IMG/VR virus record: IMGVR_UViG_3300025295_000098
Span: 1-64,000 of that record
Length of the DNA stretch: 64,000 nucleotides
From: a virus
Lineage: Duplodnaviria > Caudoviricetes
Strand: one strand, 5' to 3'
The translations under genes were made by a program, and so were the position numbers. The notes below the pieces were generated by a model. The model was not told the origin of the DNA. It did not search any database and saw nothing but the letters and a program-made list of their open reading frames with translations. Below, in pieces: positions 32,508 to 42,832 of this stretch (positions are counted from its first letter, which is position 1; each line of letters opens with the position of its first letter).

Positions 32508-33931
32508 ACGCCACCACATATCTCACCAACCCGGCTCTTCATGATTTTTGGGAGCAGGTTTTCCTCGGTCAGGCGGACATCGCGGTTCTTCACGGCGGCC
32601 GCTCAAGCTCAAAGACGCGAGACACGGCCTGCCAGTTGGTTCGGTTGGTCGACCATGTCGGCGTCAGGATGCGGGTGCTTTGCATCCGTCGTTTCCAGAA
32701 CCGTATCCAGGATTCGGTTTACACGGAACTGAAATGGGCGATCGCTCATCTCGGTCTCACGGACCAATACGACATTCAAAAGACCACCATCATCCACAAG
32801 GTGACGGGGTCGGAGTTCATCTTCTACGGCATCGAGCGAAACCTTGAGGATATCAAGGGAACGTCCGACGTCGATATTCTCTGGGTCGAAGAGGCGGAAA
32901 AGCTAACCGAAGACCAATGGACGGTGATCGGGCCGACGATCCGTAAGGAAGACAGCCTAGCGATCCTGCTGTTCAACCCGAAGCTCGTCACCGACTACGT
33001 CTGGAAGAACTTCGTCATCAATGTTCCGCCGCATTGCGTGGTTCGGAAGATCGATTACACCGAGAACCCGTTCCTTTCGCAGAAAGCGCTGCGCGACATT
33101 GCTGCCATGCGGGAGCGCAACCCGGAGACCTTTGAGCACGTCTACGGCGGTATTCCTCTCGGGGATAGCGAGCTTTCTATCTTCAAGCGCCGCTGGCTTG
33201 ATGCTTGCATAGACGCTCATGTGACGCTGAACGTCGGCCTCACGGGTCGGAATATCATCGGTTTCGACCCTGCCGACGATGGCGAGGACAAATGCGCCAC
33301 GGCCGATAAGGTCGGCGGCATCTTCACCGAGGTCGACGACTGGGCGTCCGGCAAGGACGAACTTGTCCAGAACGCCAAGAAGGTATGGGCCAAGGCGAAG
33401 GCCGTCGGCGCAACGGTGTCATACGATACGATCGGCGTCGGTGCCTTTGTCGGCGGCTATATCGATGAGCAGAACCGGGAAAACCGGGCGCGTGTCAACC
33501 ACTACGCTTTTCATGCCGGCGGCGCGGTTCTCGACCCAGACAAGGCGAGCGACCCGTACAACAGCAAAAGCCCGCTGAACAAAGACGAATACCTGAACCG
33601 CAAGGCGCAGGCCTGGGCCAATACCGCACGACGGGCGATGCTGACCTTCAATGCCGTCACCAGGGGGCAACCCATCAGGGCTGAGGATGTTCTTTCGTTC
33701 TCGTCTGGGATCGGGACCGCAAAGCTCGATGCTCTTTTCACGGAACTCTGCGTGCCGTGGTGGGTAGAGAGTGAGGGAAAGAAGCGGGTTGTTCCCAAGG
33801 TGAAGCTGAAAAAAGACCTGGGCGTGAAGTCACATAACTTGGCGGACGCCGTCATTGCCGCTGACAACGTTCAGCTATCGCGTGTCCTGGTCATTAGCGA
33901 CACGGTACTGCAGCGATCAACATCGAGGTAG
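32474..33931 (+). CDS. terL: Terminase large subunit (PBSX-like)
   Basis: Walker A HGGRSSSKT, Walker B LWVEEAE, FNP motif, nuclease GFDPA...HNLADA. Confidence 0.95.
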   Translation: MAGSAAQREELDATTYLTNPALHDFWEQVFLGQADIAVLHGGRSSSKTRDTACQLVRLVDHVGVRMRVLCIRRFQNRIQDSVYTELKWAIAHLGLTDQYDIQKTTIIHKVTGSEFIFYGIERNLEDIKGTSDVDILWVEEAEKLTEDQWTVIGPTIRKEDSLAILLFNPKLVTDYVWKNFVINVPPHCVVRKIDYTENPFLSQKALRDIAAMRERNPETFEHVYGGIPLGDSELSIFKRRWLDACIDAHVTLNVGLTGRNIIGFDPADDGEDKCATADKVGGIFTEVDDWASGKDELVQNAKKVWAKAKAVGATVSYDTIGVGAFVGGYIDEQNRENRARVNHYAFHAGGAVLDPDKASDPYNSKSPLNKDEYLNRKAQAWANTARRAMLTFNAVTRGQPIRAEDVLSFSSGIGTAKLDALFTELCVPWWVESEGKKRVVPKVKLKKDLGVKSHNLADAVIAADNVQLSRVLVISDTVLQRSTSR

Positions 33932-33933
33932 GA

Positions 33934-35553
33934 ATGGGTATTCGAAACTGGTTCGGCCGCCTGTTCCGGCAGGATAAGCAGCAGGAGGTCGCGGTGCCGG
34001 CGCCTGTGCTGGCCGACAAGCCAAAGCCCATCAAGGTGCCCGATGGAGCGCTGATATCGTCTCGGTTGAACCCGGAGGCCTACAGACGCGTTCCCGTGTT
34101 CTCTCTGCCGACGCCAGCACCGGGAGTTTTGCCAGCTGGCGAGACCGGTATGGCGATGGATTCGGGTATCGGGTCAGCGAACAATTGGGCCAACCAGTTC
34201 GCGATCGATGGCTACTGGACCGAGGGGATTACCTTCCTCGGCTATGCCTATCTGTCCGAGTTGGCGCAGCGCCCGGAATATCGGGTGATCTCCGAAACGA
34301 TCGCGACGGAAATGACGCGAGAGTGGATCGAGTTCTTCTCGACGACGGACGATGACGACGACAAGCAGGATCGCATCAAGGAGCTCGAAGAAGAGTTCAA
34401 GCGGCTCTGCGTATCGGACATGTTTGCCAGGGCAGCCCAGCAAGACGGGTTCTTCGGCCGCGGTCATATCTATATCGACACAGGCGATACCGATAATACG
34501 GATGAACTGCAAAAGTCTTTGGGTGACGGCTGGGACGAGCTGAGCAAGACGAAGCTCTCGAAGAAGAAGATCAGATCGCTGCGGACCATCGAGGCCGTGT
34601 GGTGCTATCCGACGAGCTACAATTCGAACGACCCGCTGAAGGACAACTGGTACCGGCCTGATAGCTGGTATGTGCAGGCCAAGATCGTGCATTCCTCTCG
34701 CCTGATCACGCTGATCGGCCGGGAAGTTCCGGATCTGCTGAAGCCGACATATTCCTTCGGTGGTCTGTCCCTGTCGCAGATGGCGAAACCCTATGTCGAC
34801 AACTGGCTTCAGACGCGCCAGTCGGTGAATGACATCATCTCGGCATTCTCTGTATTCGTCCTCGAAACCAACCTGGCGGAAAGCCTGCAGGCCGATGGCC
34901 AGCAGTTGTTCAAGCGAGCCGAGCTCTTCAACAACCTGCGAGACAATCGCGGGCTGATGATGATCGACAAGGAAAGCGAAGGGTTTCAGAACGTCTCCGC
35001 GCCTCTTGGTGGCCTCTCAGAGCTTCAGGCTCAGGCCCAGGAGCACATGGCATCGGTGTCGCATATCCCGACGGTCAAGCTTCTCGGCATTCAGCCGGCC
35101 GGTCTCAACGCCTCGTCCGAGGATCAGATGCGGGTGTTCTACGATTACATCCATGCCTATCAGGAGCATCTGTTCCGGCATCCTTTGCGCCGGCTGATGG
35201 GCCTGATCATGATTTCGCTCTGGGGCGAGACGGACAAGGCCATCGATTTCCGATTCAAACCGCTGTTCTCCCTCGACGAGAAGAGCGAGGCCGAGGTCGA
35301 AAAGCTGAAGGCCGAAACGGATCAGATCCTGATCGACACCGGCGTGATATCGCCTGACGAATCCCGCAAGCGTGTCGCGGCGGACCCGGCATCCGGTCAT
35401 TCGTCGATCGATGTCGACGACGTGCCGGATCTGCTGGACGAGGAGGAGCATGGCCTAGCCCCGAAGGGTGGCAAACTCTTGCCCGGCTTAGGTGAAGAGG
35501 ATACTGATGATAGTGCCTCCAACCGCCTTTTCGGGAAAGCTGAAGCCGCGTGA
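33934..35553 (+). CDS. Portal protein (DUF1073-type)
   Basis: Follows terL; IPTVKLLGIQPAGLNASSEDQMRVFYDYI...QE. Confidence 0.88.
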   Translation: MGIRNWFGRLFRQDKQQEVAVPAPVLADKPKPIKVPDGALISSRLNPEAYRRVPVFSLPTPAPGVLPAGETGMAMDSGIGSANNWANQFAIDGYWTEGITFLGYAYLSELAQRPEYRVISETIATEMTREWIEFFSTTDDDDDKQDRIKELEEEFKRLCVSDMFARAAQQDGFFGRGHIYIDTGDTDNTDELQKSLGDGWDELSKTKLSKKKIRSLRTIEAVWCYPTSYNSNDPLKDNWYRPDSWYVQAKIVHSSRLITLIGREVPDLLKPTYSFGGLSLSQMAKPYVDNWLQTRQSVNDIISAFSVFVLETNLAESLQADGQQLFKRAELFNNLRDNRGLMMIDKESEGFQNVSAPLGGLSELQAQAQEHMASVSHIPTVKLLGIQPAGLNASSEDQMRVFYDYIHAYQEHLFRHPLRRLMGLIMISLWGETDKAIDFRFKPLFSLDEKSEAEVEKLKAETDQILIDTGVISPDESRKRVAADPASGHSSIDVDDVPDLLDEEEHGLAPKGGKLLPGLGEEDTDDSASNRLFGKAEAA

Positions 35554-35643
35554 TCAAACTAGTCCTCTGGGACATCATCAACGCGAAAGAGCCGACGGCT
35601 CGCGATAGCATTCCACAGAGCCTGGCTAGGCTGGAGAAGAACG

Positions 35644-36465
35644 TTGGCGCGCAAGTTAAGGCGGAAGACGCCGAAGGCCACGGAAACGATCCTGAGGCCG
35701 ATACACCCGAATGCGGGGATTGCCGCTGATTATCAGCGCAGGCTTGATGCCCTTATCCAGGCGATGGCGAAGTCGGTAGAGTTTTGGCTCACCGCAACCT
35801 ATCGACAGAACGAACCGCGTATCGCGCAGGATGAAACACCTGCCGACGCGCTGCGCCGTTCGATGCGGGAGTTGTCGAAGCGCTGGGTGAAACGCTTCGA
35901 CGAGATGGCCGGCAAGATGGCGGAACACTTCGCTCAGTCGGTCGAAGCCCGGTCAACGGGAGCGATGAAGAAGATCCTGAAGGACGGGGGCTGGACCGTC
36001 CAATTTCACGTCACTCCGGCGATGCGGGACGTGATGGACGCGACCGTGCATCAGAACGTGGCGCTCATCAAATCGATCCCGGCCCAGTATCTGGAGCAGG
36101 TTGAAGGCATCGTGATGCGCGGCGTGCAGAACGGCCGCGATCTGGGCGTTGTATCCGAAGAGCTTCAGAAGCGTCTCGGGGTTACCCGTCGTCGAGCGGA
36201 CTTTATTGCCCGCGACCAAAATCAGAAGGCCACGTCAGCTTTCAACCGAGTTCGCCAAACGGAACTCGGGCTCGACGAGGCCGAGTGGCACCACAGCGGC
36301 GGCGGGAAGGAACCCCGACCGACGCATGTGAGGGCCGGAAAAGACAAGGTCCGCTACAAGATTTCGCAGGGTTGGTACGACCCGGCCTTGAAGCGCTTCA
36401 TACAGCCTGGTGAAGAGCCGGGATGCAAATGCGTCGGGCGGCCAGTGATCAAGGGATTTTCGTAA
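35644..36465 (+). CDS. Head morphogenesis protein (MuF / SPP1 gp7-like)
   Basis: RRRADFIARDQNQKA...WHHSGG..PRPTH...PGEEPGCKC. Confidence 0.88.
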   Translation: MARKLRRKTPKATETILRPIHPNAGIAADYQRRLDALIQAMAKSVEFWLTATYRQNEPRIAQDETPADALRRSMRELSKRWVKRFDEMAGKMAEHFAQSVEARSTGAMKKILKDGGWTVQFHVTPAMRDVMDATVHQNVALIKSIPAQYLEQVEGIVMRGVQNGRDLGVVSEELQKRLGVTRRRADFIARDQNQKATSAFNRVRQTELGLDEAEWHHSGGGKEPRPTHVRAGKDKVRYKISQGWYDPALKRFIQPGEEPGCKCVGRPVIKGFS

Positions 36466-36770
36466 TGATTTCTCAGGAACCCAAGGAAATCGCCGCCACA
36501 CAGGTCAGCGGGCCGGTTGGAGGCGCTTGCAACTTCATTCGATATCCAGATGAAGGGGTAACGTATCGTTCGCAAGCCGGGAATTATACGAACGAAAGAG
36601 ATGACGGGCGATTGCAGGTCATAGCCGCCCGTTGTTTTGCGGGGCTGCAAACCTATGTCGACGCGTTGCCGCAATACGAGTTCCAGCAGATTGAATTTTT
36701 GCAGACGGCCGATAGATCGATGGCCGATCAGTTTGTTTCCATGACGTTTGCCAAAAAGCAAAAGGCGTAA
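36465..36770 (+). CDS. Hypothetical protein
   Basis: TAATG-coupled to MuF. Confidence 0.5.
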   Translation: MISQEPKEIAATQVSGPVGGACNFIRYPDEGVTYRSQAGNYTNERDDGRLQVIAARCFAGLQTYVDALPQYEFQQIEFLQTADRSMADQFVSMTFAKKQKA

Positions 36771-36796
36771 GCCAGTCGAAGTAAGGGGTTCAGCTG

Positions 36797-37087
36797 ATGG
36801 AAAACAAGCCCGACATGAAGAAGATCGCGGCTCCGAAGCCGCAATTCTCTTTCCTGCAGGATTATGCCTTCGAACTGATCGACAAGCACGGTCCCCGCAC
36901 CCTTGGGATGATCATGCACGGCTATACGAACATGGGTTATTCGATCGCCGGCGCCGTCGTTGACGAGCAGTTCGAGACGCTCGCGAAGGAGCTCGAGGCT
37001 GATCCTCGACTGGTTGTTGTTGCCGATAATGCTGGTCGCGGTGGCGACTGGATCGGCATCAAGGAAGATCACAAAGATGGCGTTTGA
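36797..37087 (+). CDS. Hypothetical protein
   Basis: ORF in the late operon. Confidence 0.55.
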   Translation: MENKPDMKKIAAPKPQFSFLQDYAFELIDKHGPRTLGMIMHGYTNMGYSIAGAVVDEQFETLAKELEADPRLVVVADNAGRGGDWIGIKEDHKDGV

Positions 37088-37292
37088 TCCACTCGACGAA
37101 AGCGACATCCTTGCTGCCGAAAGGGCTCTTGGCATTGCCCCTGTTCCGACCGGTCGCCTGCGTTTGTTCAAACAGGGCAATGAAATCAAGCTTCTGCAGT
37201 TGTGGGAGTCGAGCGCCAGCCCACGTCGTGGGATCTGGCTTGAAGTGCCGATCGTCACTGAGATGCCTGAGGGGGAAATCCAATGGCCATGA
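37077..37292 (+). CDS. Hypothetical protein
   Basis: Overlapping ORF. Confidence 0.5.
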   Translation: MAFDPLDESDILAAERALGIAPVPTGRLRLFKQGNEIKLLQLWESSASPRRGIWLEVPIVTEMPEGEIQWP

Positions 37293-37442
37293 TGACGGTG
37301 CGCCTGAGCGCCCATGTGCCGTGGCAGACACGCGCCGGCATCTATCTCGCCGTGGTCTTTGAGCACATTCCGTTCTGCAACCTCCTCTCCCTTCAGCTGC
37401 TGAAGTGGGCGCAATCTCAAATTCAGGTGAAAGTCGAGACGG

Positions 37443-39455
37443 ATGCCAGCGGTCAGTGAAAAGCAGAGGCGTGCGATGTTCGCAGCGGCAGAAGGGAATA
37501 GCACGTTGGGCATCCCGAAGAAGGTCGGCGAGGAGTTCGTCGCCGCCGACGCCAGCAATGGCCATGCCGCCGGTATCCTCTACGTGGCGCCGGATGGCGA
37601 TGTGCTGCTTCTTCGGCGGTCCTCGACTGAAACGAACTATGCCGGTCACTGGGCTCTCCCGGGCGGCAAGGGCGAGGAAGGCGAGACGCCCGAGCAGACC
37701 GCAGACCGCGAGGCGCGTGAAGAGATGGGCCCGCTCATCCCGGAAAGCGCGAAGCGGATGAAACTGTTGGATAGCCGAGTCACTCCGACCAAGATGGCGT
37801 TCCACACCTTCGCTCAGGCGGTTCCGGAGAAGTTCGTTCCGACACTGAACGAGGAGCATAGCGGCTACGCCTGGTCGCCGTTCGACCAGCTGCCCGGTCC
37901 GATCCATCCCGCGGTGAAAAGTACGCTGGATGACCGGCTCGGAACCGATGGACTCGAAACGCCGGAAGATTGGGCGATGCTCAAGACCCGTCTCGTCAAC
38001 TGGTTGAGCTACGATGAAGACGGCGAGGAAGAGGTCGCCACGGCGCAAGATTCGATCGCGATGGACCGGGACAGTGTCCGCCGCATCGATCAGGATGGCC
38101 ATCTTTTCGTAGAAACCACGCCGATCTCGAAGGCCGTGGTCAACCCGTACTACGGCAAGGAGATCCCCGGTTTTCAGAAGCTGGGCCTTGATCCGGAGCG
38201 GATCTACAACCTGCTTCGTGACCCGAAGGAGTTGAAGGCCGCCGCGACGACATTCGCAGGCAAGCCGCTGCTGCTGATCCACAAGCCGGTCAATGCTGAT
38301 GAGCATCCCCGCGAGATCGTGGTGGGCTCGGTCGGCGATGATGTTGAGTTCAAGGCCCCGTACCTGATGGCCCCGCTGAATATCTGGGACGCTGAGGCGA
38401 TCAAGCTCATCGAATCCAAGAAGCAGCGCGAGCTATCGTGCGGGTATCAATACGAACCTGTCATGGAACCGGGAACCTACGAAGGCGAACGTTATGACGG
38501 TCGGATGACGAACATCAAAGGAAATCACCTCGCGATCGTCGAATCAGGACGGGCCGGGGCGGATGTCTTTGTTGCAGACCAAGCACTGAAACCAAAGGAG
38601 ACTGCAGCCATGGCGAAGACGCCAGTTCTATCCCGCAAGGCATCCGTCGCTCATGGCGCGATCCTCGCATATCTCCGCCCCAAGCTCGCTCAGGATGCCA
38701 AGATCGATATCACGGCGATCCTGAAGGACGTGACGGCAAAGAACTACAATCCGGTGACCATCGCCGATGGCCTGAAGAAGGCCGCGACCGGCAAGCTGGC
38801 CCAGGATGCCGACATCAGCGACGTCGTCGATCTTCTCGATACGCTGAAGACCGTCGAAGGTGCCGAAGACGATCTCGAACCGAACTCCGGCCAGCTCAAC
38901 GCCGGCAAGGTGCGTGGCGAGGATGAAGAGCCCGATGGCGAGCCGGACCAGAAGTCGCGGGTCATGGAATTCCTCAAGGACAAGCTGTCCGAGGACGACA
39001 TGAAGGCCTGCGACGAGCTCTGGAATCAGGAAGCGATGGACGAAGACGCCGACGAAGACGAAGGCGCCAGGAAGAAGGCCGAAGACGAGGCCGAGGAGAA
39101 GAAGGACATGGTCGACAAGAAGGCAATGGATGCGGCAATCAATGCCGCAGTGGCGAACGAGCGCCGCAACGCTCGCGAGATCGAAGCCGCCAAGGAAGAC
39201 GTCCGCCCCTATATCGGCGCGGTCGCCATGGCCCATGACAGCGCCGCCGATGTCTATCGCACGGCTCTGACCTCTCTCGGCGTCGATATCGCCGGCGTTC
39301 ACCCCAGCGCTTTCCGCGCCATCCTGAAGGCGCAGCAGATCCCCGGTACGCAGCAGCGGCAGACGTCGCCTTCCGTTGCCATGGATGCCAAGGGAGCTTC
39401 CTCGTTCTACGAGATGTTCCCGGAAGCAAAGTCGCACATCGTCAAGACGCTCTAA
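37443..39455 (+). CDS. Nudix hydrolase fused to a DUF2213-type head maturation protease/scaffold
   Basis: Nudix box GGKGEEGETPEQTADREAREEMG; DUF2213-like ISKAVVNPYYGKEIP...ELSCGY...GNHLAIVESGRAG; acidic scaffold-like tail. Confidence 0.88.
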   Translation: MPAVSEKQRRAMFAAAEGNSTLGIPKKVGEEFVAADASNGHAAGILYVAPDGDVLLLRRSSTETNYAGHWALPGGKGEEGETPEQTADREAREEMGPLIPESAKRMKLLDSRVTPTKMAFHTFAQAVPEKFVPTLNEEHSGYAWSPFDQLPGPIHPAVKSTLDDRLGTDGLETPEDWAMLKTRLVNWLSYDEDGEEEVATAQDSIAMDRDSVRRIDQDGHLFVETTPISKAVVNPYYGKEIPGFQKLGLDPERIYNLLRDPKELKAAATTFAGKPLLLIHKPVNADEHPREIVVGSVGDDVEFKAPYLMAPLNIWDAEAIKLIESKKQRELSCGYQYEPVMEPGTYEGERYDGRMTNIKGNHLAIVESGRAGADVFVADQALKPKETAAMAKTPVLSRKASVAHGAILAYLRPKLAQDAKIDITAILKDVTAKNYNPVTIADGLKKAATGKLAQDADISDVVDLLDTLKTVEGAEDDLEPNSGQLNAGKVRGEDEEPDGEPDQKSRVMEFLKDKLSEDDMKACDELWNQEAMDEDADEDEGARKKAEDEAEEKKDMVDKKAMDAAINAAVANERRNAREIEAAKEDVRPYIGAVAMAHDSAADVYRTALTSLGVDIAGVHPSAFRAILKAQQIPGTQQRQTSPSVAMDAKGASSFYEMFPEAKSHIVKTL

Positions 39456-39482
39456 GCGTCTCGACATAACCGCAACCCACAG

Positions 39483-39509
39483 GGCCGCCGTTGTGCGGCC
39501 GTTTCTTTT
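39483..39509 (+). terminator. Hairpin plus U-tract between protease and decoration genes
   Basis: GGCCGC-CGTTGT-GCGGCC-GTTTCTTTT. Confidence 0.45.
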
Positions 39510-39521
39510 AGGAGAAAACCC

Positions 39522-40463
39522 ATGGCTGGATTCCAGACCCAGGCGTACTACAATCCTGCCCCGGCGGTGGAAGGCGACTTTGCCAGCACCAACCCGCGGG
39601 CGACCGTCATCGCTGGTCCCGGCGGCCTTGTCGCCGGTTCCTCCTTCATCGTTGGCCGCGCCATCTGGCTGTCCAGCACCTATGTCGACGACGATGGCAC
39701 CCCGGCTGTGGCAAATGCCTTCGGCTCCGGTGCGATCGCCGGTATTGCCCACCGCGAACAGCAGGGCCTTATCCAGCAGTATCTGCAGGAATCGACCATG
39801 CTTGTCCCGGCCGGCTTCCCGGTCACCGTCTTTGCTTCCGGCGATTTCTGGGTCAAGAACAACGGTTCCACCCAGGCGCTGCCGGGCATGAAGGCATATG
39901 CGGCCTTCGCTGACGGCAAGTTCACCGCAGCCGCTACCGGTAGCCCGAGCACGGCATCCGGTTCCGCAAGCTCGGTCGCCGCATCCACCTTCTCGGTTAC
40001 CGGTTCGATCGCCGACAACGTCTTGACCGTCACCGCGGTCAGCTCCGGTACCGTCGTCCCGGGCGGCACGATCTCGGGCACCGGCATCGCAACCGGCACC
40101 AAGATCGTCAGCCAGCTTTCCGGCACCACGGGCGGCATCGGCACCTATGCGGTCAGCATCCCGGAACAGACTGTGGCGTCGACCACGGTCAGCGGCACCT
40201 ACGGCACGCTAACTGTCGGCGGTACGGTGGCAGGCGTCTTCGGCGTCGGCCAGTCGCTCTCCGGCTCCGGCGTCGTCGCGGGAACCACGATCACCGCGCT
40301 CGGCACGGGCACGGGCGGCGCGGGTACCTACATCGTCGACAACAACACCGTCGTCGCTTCCACGGCGATCACGGCAGCCACCAACGTCGAAACCAAGTTC
40401 GTTGTGCGTTCCTCGGCTCTGCCGGGCGAACTCATGAAGATCAGCTCGTGGCTGCAGGGCTGA
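39522..40463 (+). CDS. Head decoration/cement protein with two inserted Gly/Thr-rich beta modules
   Basis: Sits between protease and MCP; FQTQ...PAPAVEGDFAS.NP N-terminus. Confidence 0.7.
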   Translation: MAGFQTQAYYNPAPAVEGDFASTNPRATVIAGPGGLVAGSSFIVGRAIWLSSTYVDDDGTPAVANAFGSGAIAGIAHREQQGLIQQYLQESTMLVPAGFPVTVFASGDFWVKNNGSTQALPGMKAYAAFADGKFTAAATGSPSTASGSASSVAASTFSVTGSIADNVLTVTAVSSGTVVPGGTISGTGIATGTKIVSQLSGTTGGIGTYAVSIPEQTVASTTVSGTYGTLTVGGTVAGVFGVGQSLSGSGVVAGTTITALGTGTGGAGTYIVDNNTVVASTAITAATNVETKFVVRSSALPGELMKISSWLQG

Positions 40464-40534
40464 TCTAGCCACGCCATCCCCCAACCAGATCGCCGAGCGC
40501 TCCCAGCTCGGCGGCTCCCTGAGGAGAAATTACA

Positions 40535-41632
40535 ATGGACTTTCATGACTACCATCAGGCTGCCGCTGCCTGGGACGCTCACCGCGGAATGTTCGAAGCG
40601 GCCGGCATCTACCTTCCCGATGCCAAGGCGTATGTCTGGAACGAGGCCAAGGTCAATTACATGGCCATGGACGCCCAGCCCGCACTTTCAACGGCGGCAA
40701 ACACCGGCATCCCGGCGTTTCTCACGACCCTGATCGACCCGGATGTCTACCGGATCGTCTTCTCGCCGACCAAGGCAGCTGAGATCTTCGGCGAAACCCG
40801 CAAGGGCACGTGGATCGACCAGACCGCAATGTTCCCGGTCGTTGAATCCACGGGCGAAGTATCGTCCTACGGCGACTACAACGAGAACGGCCGCTCGGGT
40901 GCGAACATGAACTGGCCTCAGCGTCAGTCGTACCTTTTCCAGACCATCTCCGAATACGGTGAGCTGGAAATCGAGCGGGCTGGCCTCGGCCGGGTCAACT
41001 GGGTCGGTGAAGTGGACGGCGCCGGCACCACGGTCCTGCATCGCTTCCTCAACCAGTCCTATTTCTTCGGCGTGCTTGGCCTTCAGAACTACGGTCTGCT
41101 GAATGACCCGAACCTGTCGGCGCCGATCACCCCGGCCACCAAGGCTTACGGTGGCGTGAAGTGGGTCAACAACGGCCAGATCGTTGCCACGGCAAACGAG
41201 ATCTTCGCCGATATCCAGGCGCTCTGGTATCAGCTTCAGGGTCAGCAGGCCAACGGCCTCGTCGACCAGAACACGAAGATGACCCTGGCTCTGTCGCCTG
41301 GATCGGAACTCGCCATGACCGCGACCAACTCCTTCGGCGTCAACGTCTCCGATCTGCTGAAGAAGAACTTCCCGAACCTCCGGATTGTTTCGGCGGTGCA
41401 GTATGGGGCTCTGACAGCAAATAACCCGGTGGGTGTTGCCGCCGGCAATGTCGTCCAACTGATCGCCGATGCCATCGATGGCCAGAAGACCGGGTATTGC
41501 GCCTTCAACGAGAAGCTCCGCAGCCACCCGATCATTCGCGCCATGTCTTCCTGGAAGAAGAAGATGACGTCGGGCACCTGGGGCGCCGTGATCCGCATGC
41601 CGCTCGCCATCAGCCAGATGGTGGGCGTCTAA
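40535..41632 (+). CDS. Major capsid protein (DUF2184-type)
   Basis: GEVSSYGDY...QRQSYLFQT...ELE...YFFGV.GL..YGLLNDPNL. Confidence 0.88.
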   Translation: MDFHDYHQAAAAWDAHRGMFEAAGIYLPDAKAYVWNEAKVNYMAMDAQPALSTAANTGIPAFLTTLIDPDVYRIVFSPTKAAEIFGETRKGTWIDQTAMFPVVESTGEVSSYGDYNENGRSGANMNWPQRQSYLFQTISEYGELEIERAGLGRVNWVGEVDGAGTTVLHRFLNQSYFFGVLGLQNYGLLNDPNLSAPITPATKAYGGVKWVNNGQIVATANEIFADIQALWYQLQGQQANGLVDQNTKMTLALSPGSELAMTATNSFGVNVSDLLKKNFPNLRIVSAVQYGALTANNPVGVAAGNVVQLIADAIDGQKTGYCAFNEKLRSHPIIRAMSSWKKKMTSGTWGAVIRMPLAISQMVGV

Positions 41633-41763
41633 GCCAGCAGCGGGAGCCTTTCACCCATAAGTTCGGCGGGCGCGGACGCGCGCCTTGACGACCCAGCGGC
41701 CCGTTCCTCCCAAGGCAACCTGCTGGATCCGTGACGCCGACGTCTGTCAACCAGGAGCAAGAA

Positions 41764-42183
41764 ATGTCTGAAACTGTAACCGTGGCATGTAAGATGCCAC
41801 ATGGCCTGATCCTTCGCGTCTTCGACAAGGTGAAATTTCAGGAACCTATGCCGGGAGGCGGCACAAAGCCTGTCGATCGCGCCATGCCTCGTCCCCAGAC
41901 CGTGACGCTCAAGGGCTATCTCGAAAAGTACGATCCGAGCATCCCGCCGGCGGCCCGTGGATCGAGCTATGCGCTCACGTATGGCGTCGACAAGGAGTTC
42001 TTTGAGCTTTGGCTGAAGCAGAACCATGACCTCGATGCGGTCGTGAACCACCTGGTCTTTGCCCACGACCAGGACACTGCCGGCATGGCGGAAGAATATC
42101 GCAGCACGAAGTCCGGGCTCGAGCCTGTCGACCCGGCGAAGCTCAAGGGTCGAGTTCAGACCTTCGACAAAGACGCCGCTTAA
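41764..42183 (+). CDS. Conserved post-capsid protein
   Basis: VTVACKMPHGL...GYALTYGVDKEFFELW. Confidence 0.65.
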   Translation: MSETVTVACKMPHGLILRVFDKVKFQEPMPGGGTKPVDRAMPRPQTVTLKGYLEKYDPSIPPAARGSSYALTYGVDKEFFELWLKQNHDLDAVVNHLVFAHDQDTAGMAEEYRSTKSGLEPVDPAKLKGRVQTFDKDAA

Positions 42184-42198
42184 CCGGAGTGATCGCTG

Positions 42199-42642
42199 AT
42201 GGGCGTGGCCGTTCAATTCAATTATGCAAACTGGGCGGCCACTTTCCCGCAATTCTCTCCGGCGCTGGATGAGGCTACCGTCACCAATCTGATCCTACCG
42301 ATCGCAGAAATCTATTGCCGCAATGACGGCGGTGGACCGGTCAGCAAGGCAGAGACACAGACGGTCCTGCTTAATCTCATGGTCGCCCATGTGGCGCAGC
42401 TGATGTACGGGCCGAAAGGCGAAGGCATCACTGGGGCTGGCGGCAGCGGGATCGTGGGTCGCATCAGTAGCGCGACCGAGGGCAGTGTGTCGGTCTCGGC
42501 GGAATTTCCGACGACGCCAAACAACGCGTGGTTCCTGCAAACGACCTTCGGGGCCGCTTTCTGGCAGGTAACGGCTGCGTACCGGACCATGCGATACATT
42601 CCGGGGCCGCGCCGAAACATGAACCCGTGGCTAAATCAATAG
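42199..42642 (+). CDS. Head-tail adaptor (DUF4054-type)
   Basis: LNLMVAH...GRISSATEGSVSVS...WFLQTTFGAAFWQ. Confidence 0.8.
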   Translation: MGVAVQFNYANWAATFPQFSPALDEATVTNLILPIAEIYCRNDGGGPVSKAETQTVLLNLMVAHVAQLMYGPKGEGITGAGGSGIVGRISSATEGSVSVSAEFPTTPNNAWFLQTTFGAAFWQVTAAYRTMRYIPGPRRNMNPWLNQ

Positions 42643-42652
42643 GAGGTCCGAG

Positions 42653-42832
42653 ATGGACAAGGAACTTCGCAAGGAATTCCGCGAATGGAAAGTCGAGGTG
42701 GATGACCGCCTCGACCGGCTCGAAGCCGCACAGGTAGCCAAGGACGCGGCATCCGCCGCCCAGGCTCCGCAGGCCACGGCGAGCAAGAAAGCCGCTGCCG
42801 ACGCAGCCACCTCGGAAAAGGAGGGCAACTGA
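42653..42832 (+). CDS. Small Ala-rich protein
   Basis: GGAGG RBS, 59 aa, TGATG-coupled; absent from the ORF track. Confidence 0.55.
   Translation: MDKELRKEFREWKVEVDDRLDRLEAAQVAKDAASAAQAPQATASKKAAADAATSEKEGN

Noticed and set aside
33934-35553. Anti-CBASS Acb1 (a label sometimes attached to DUF1073 proteins)
   Set aside because: Size, position after terL and motifs indicate a portal; no HxT/HxS phosphoesterase pair recognised
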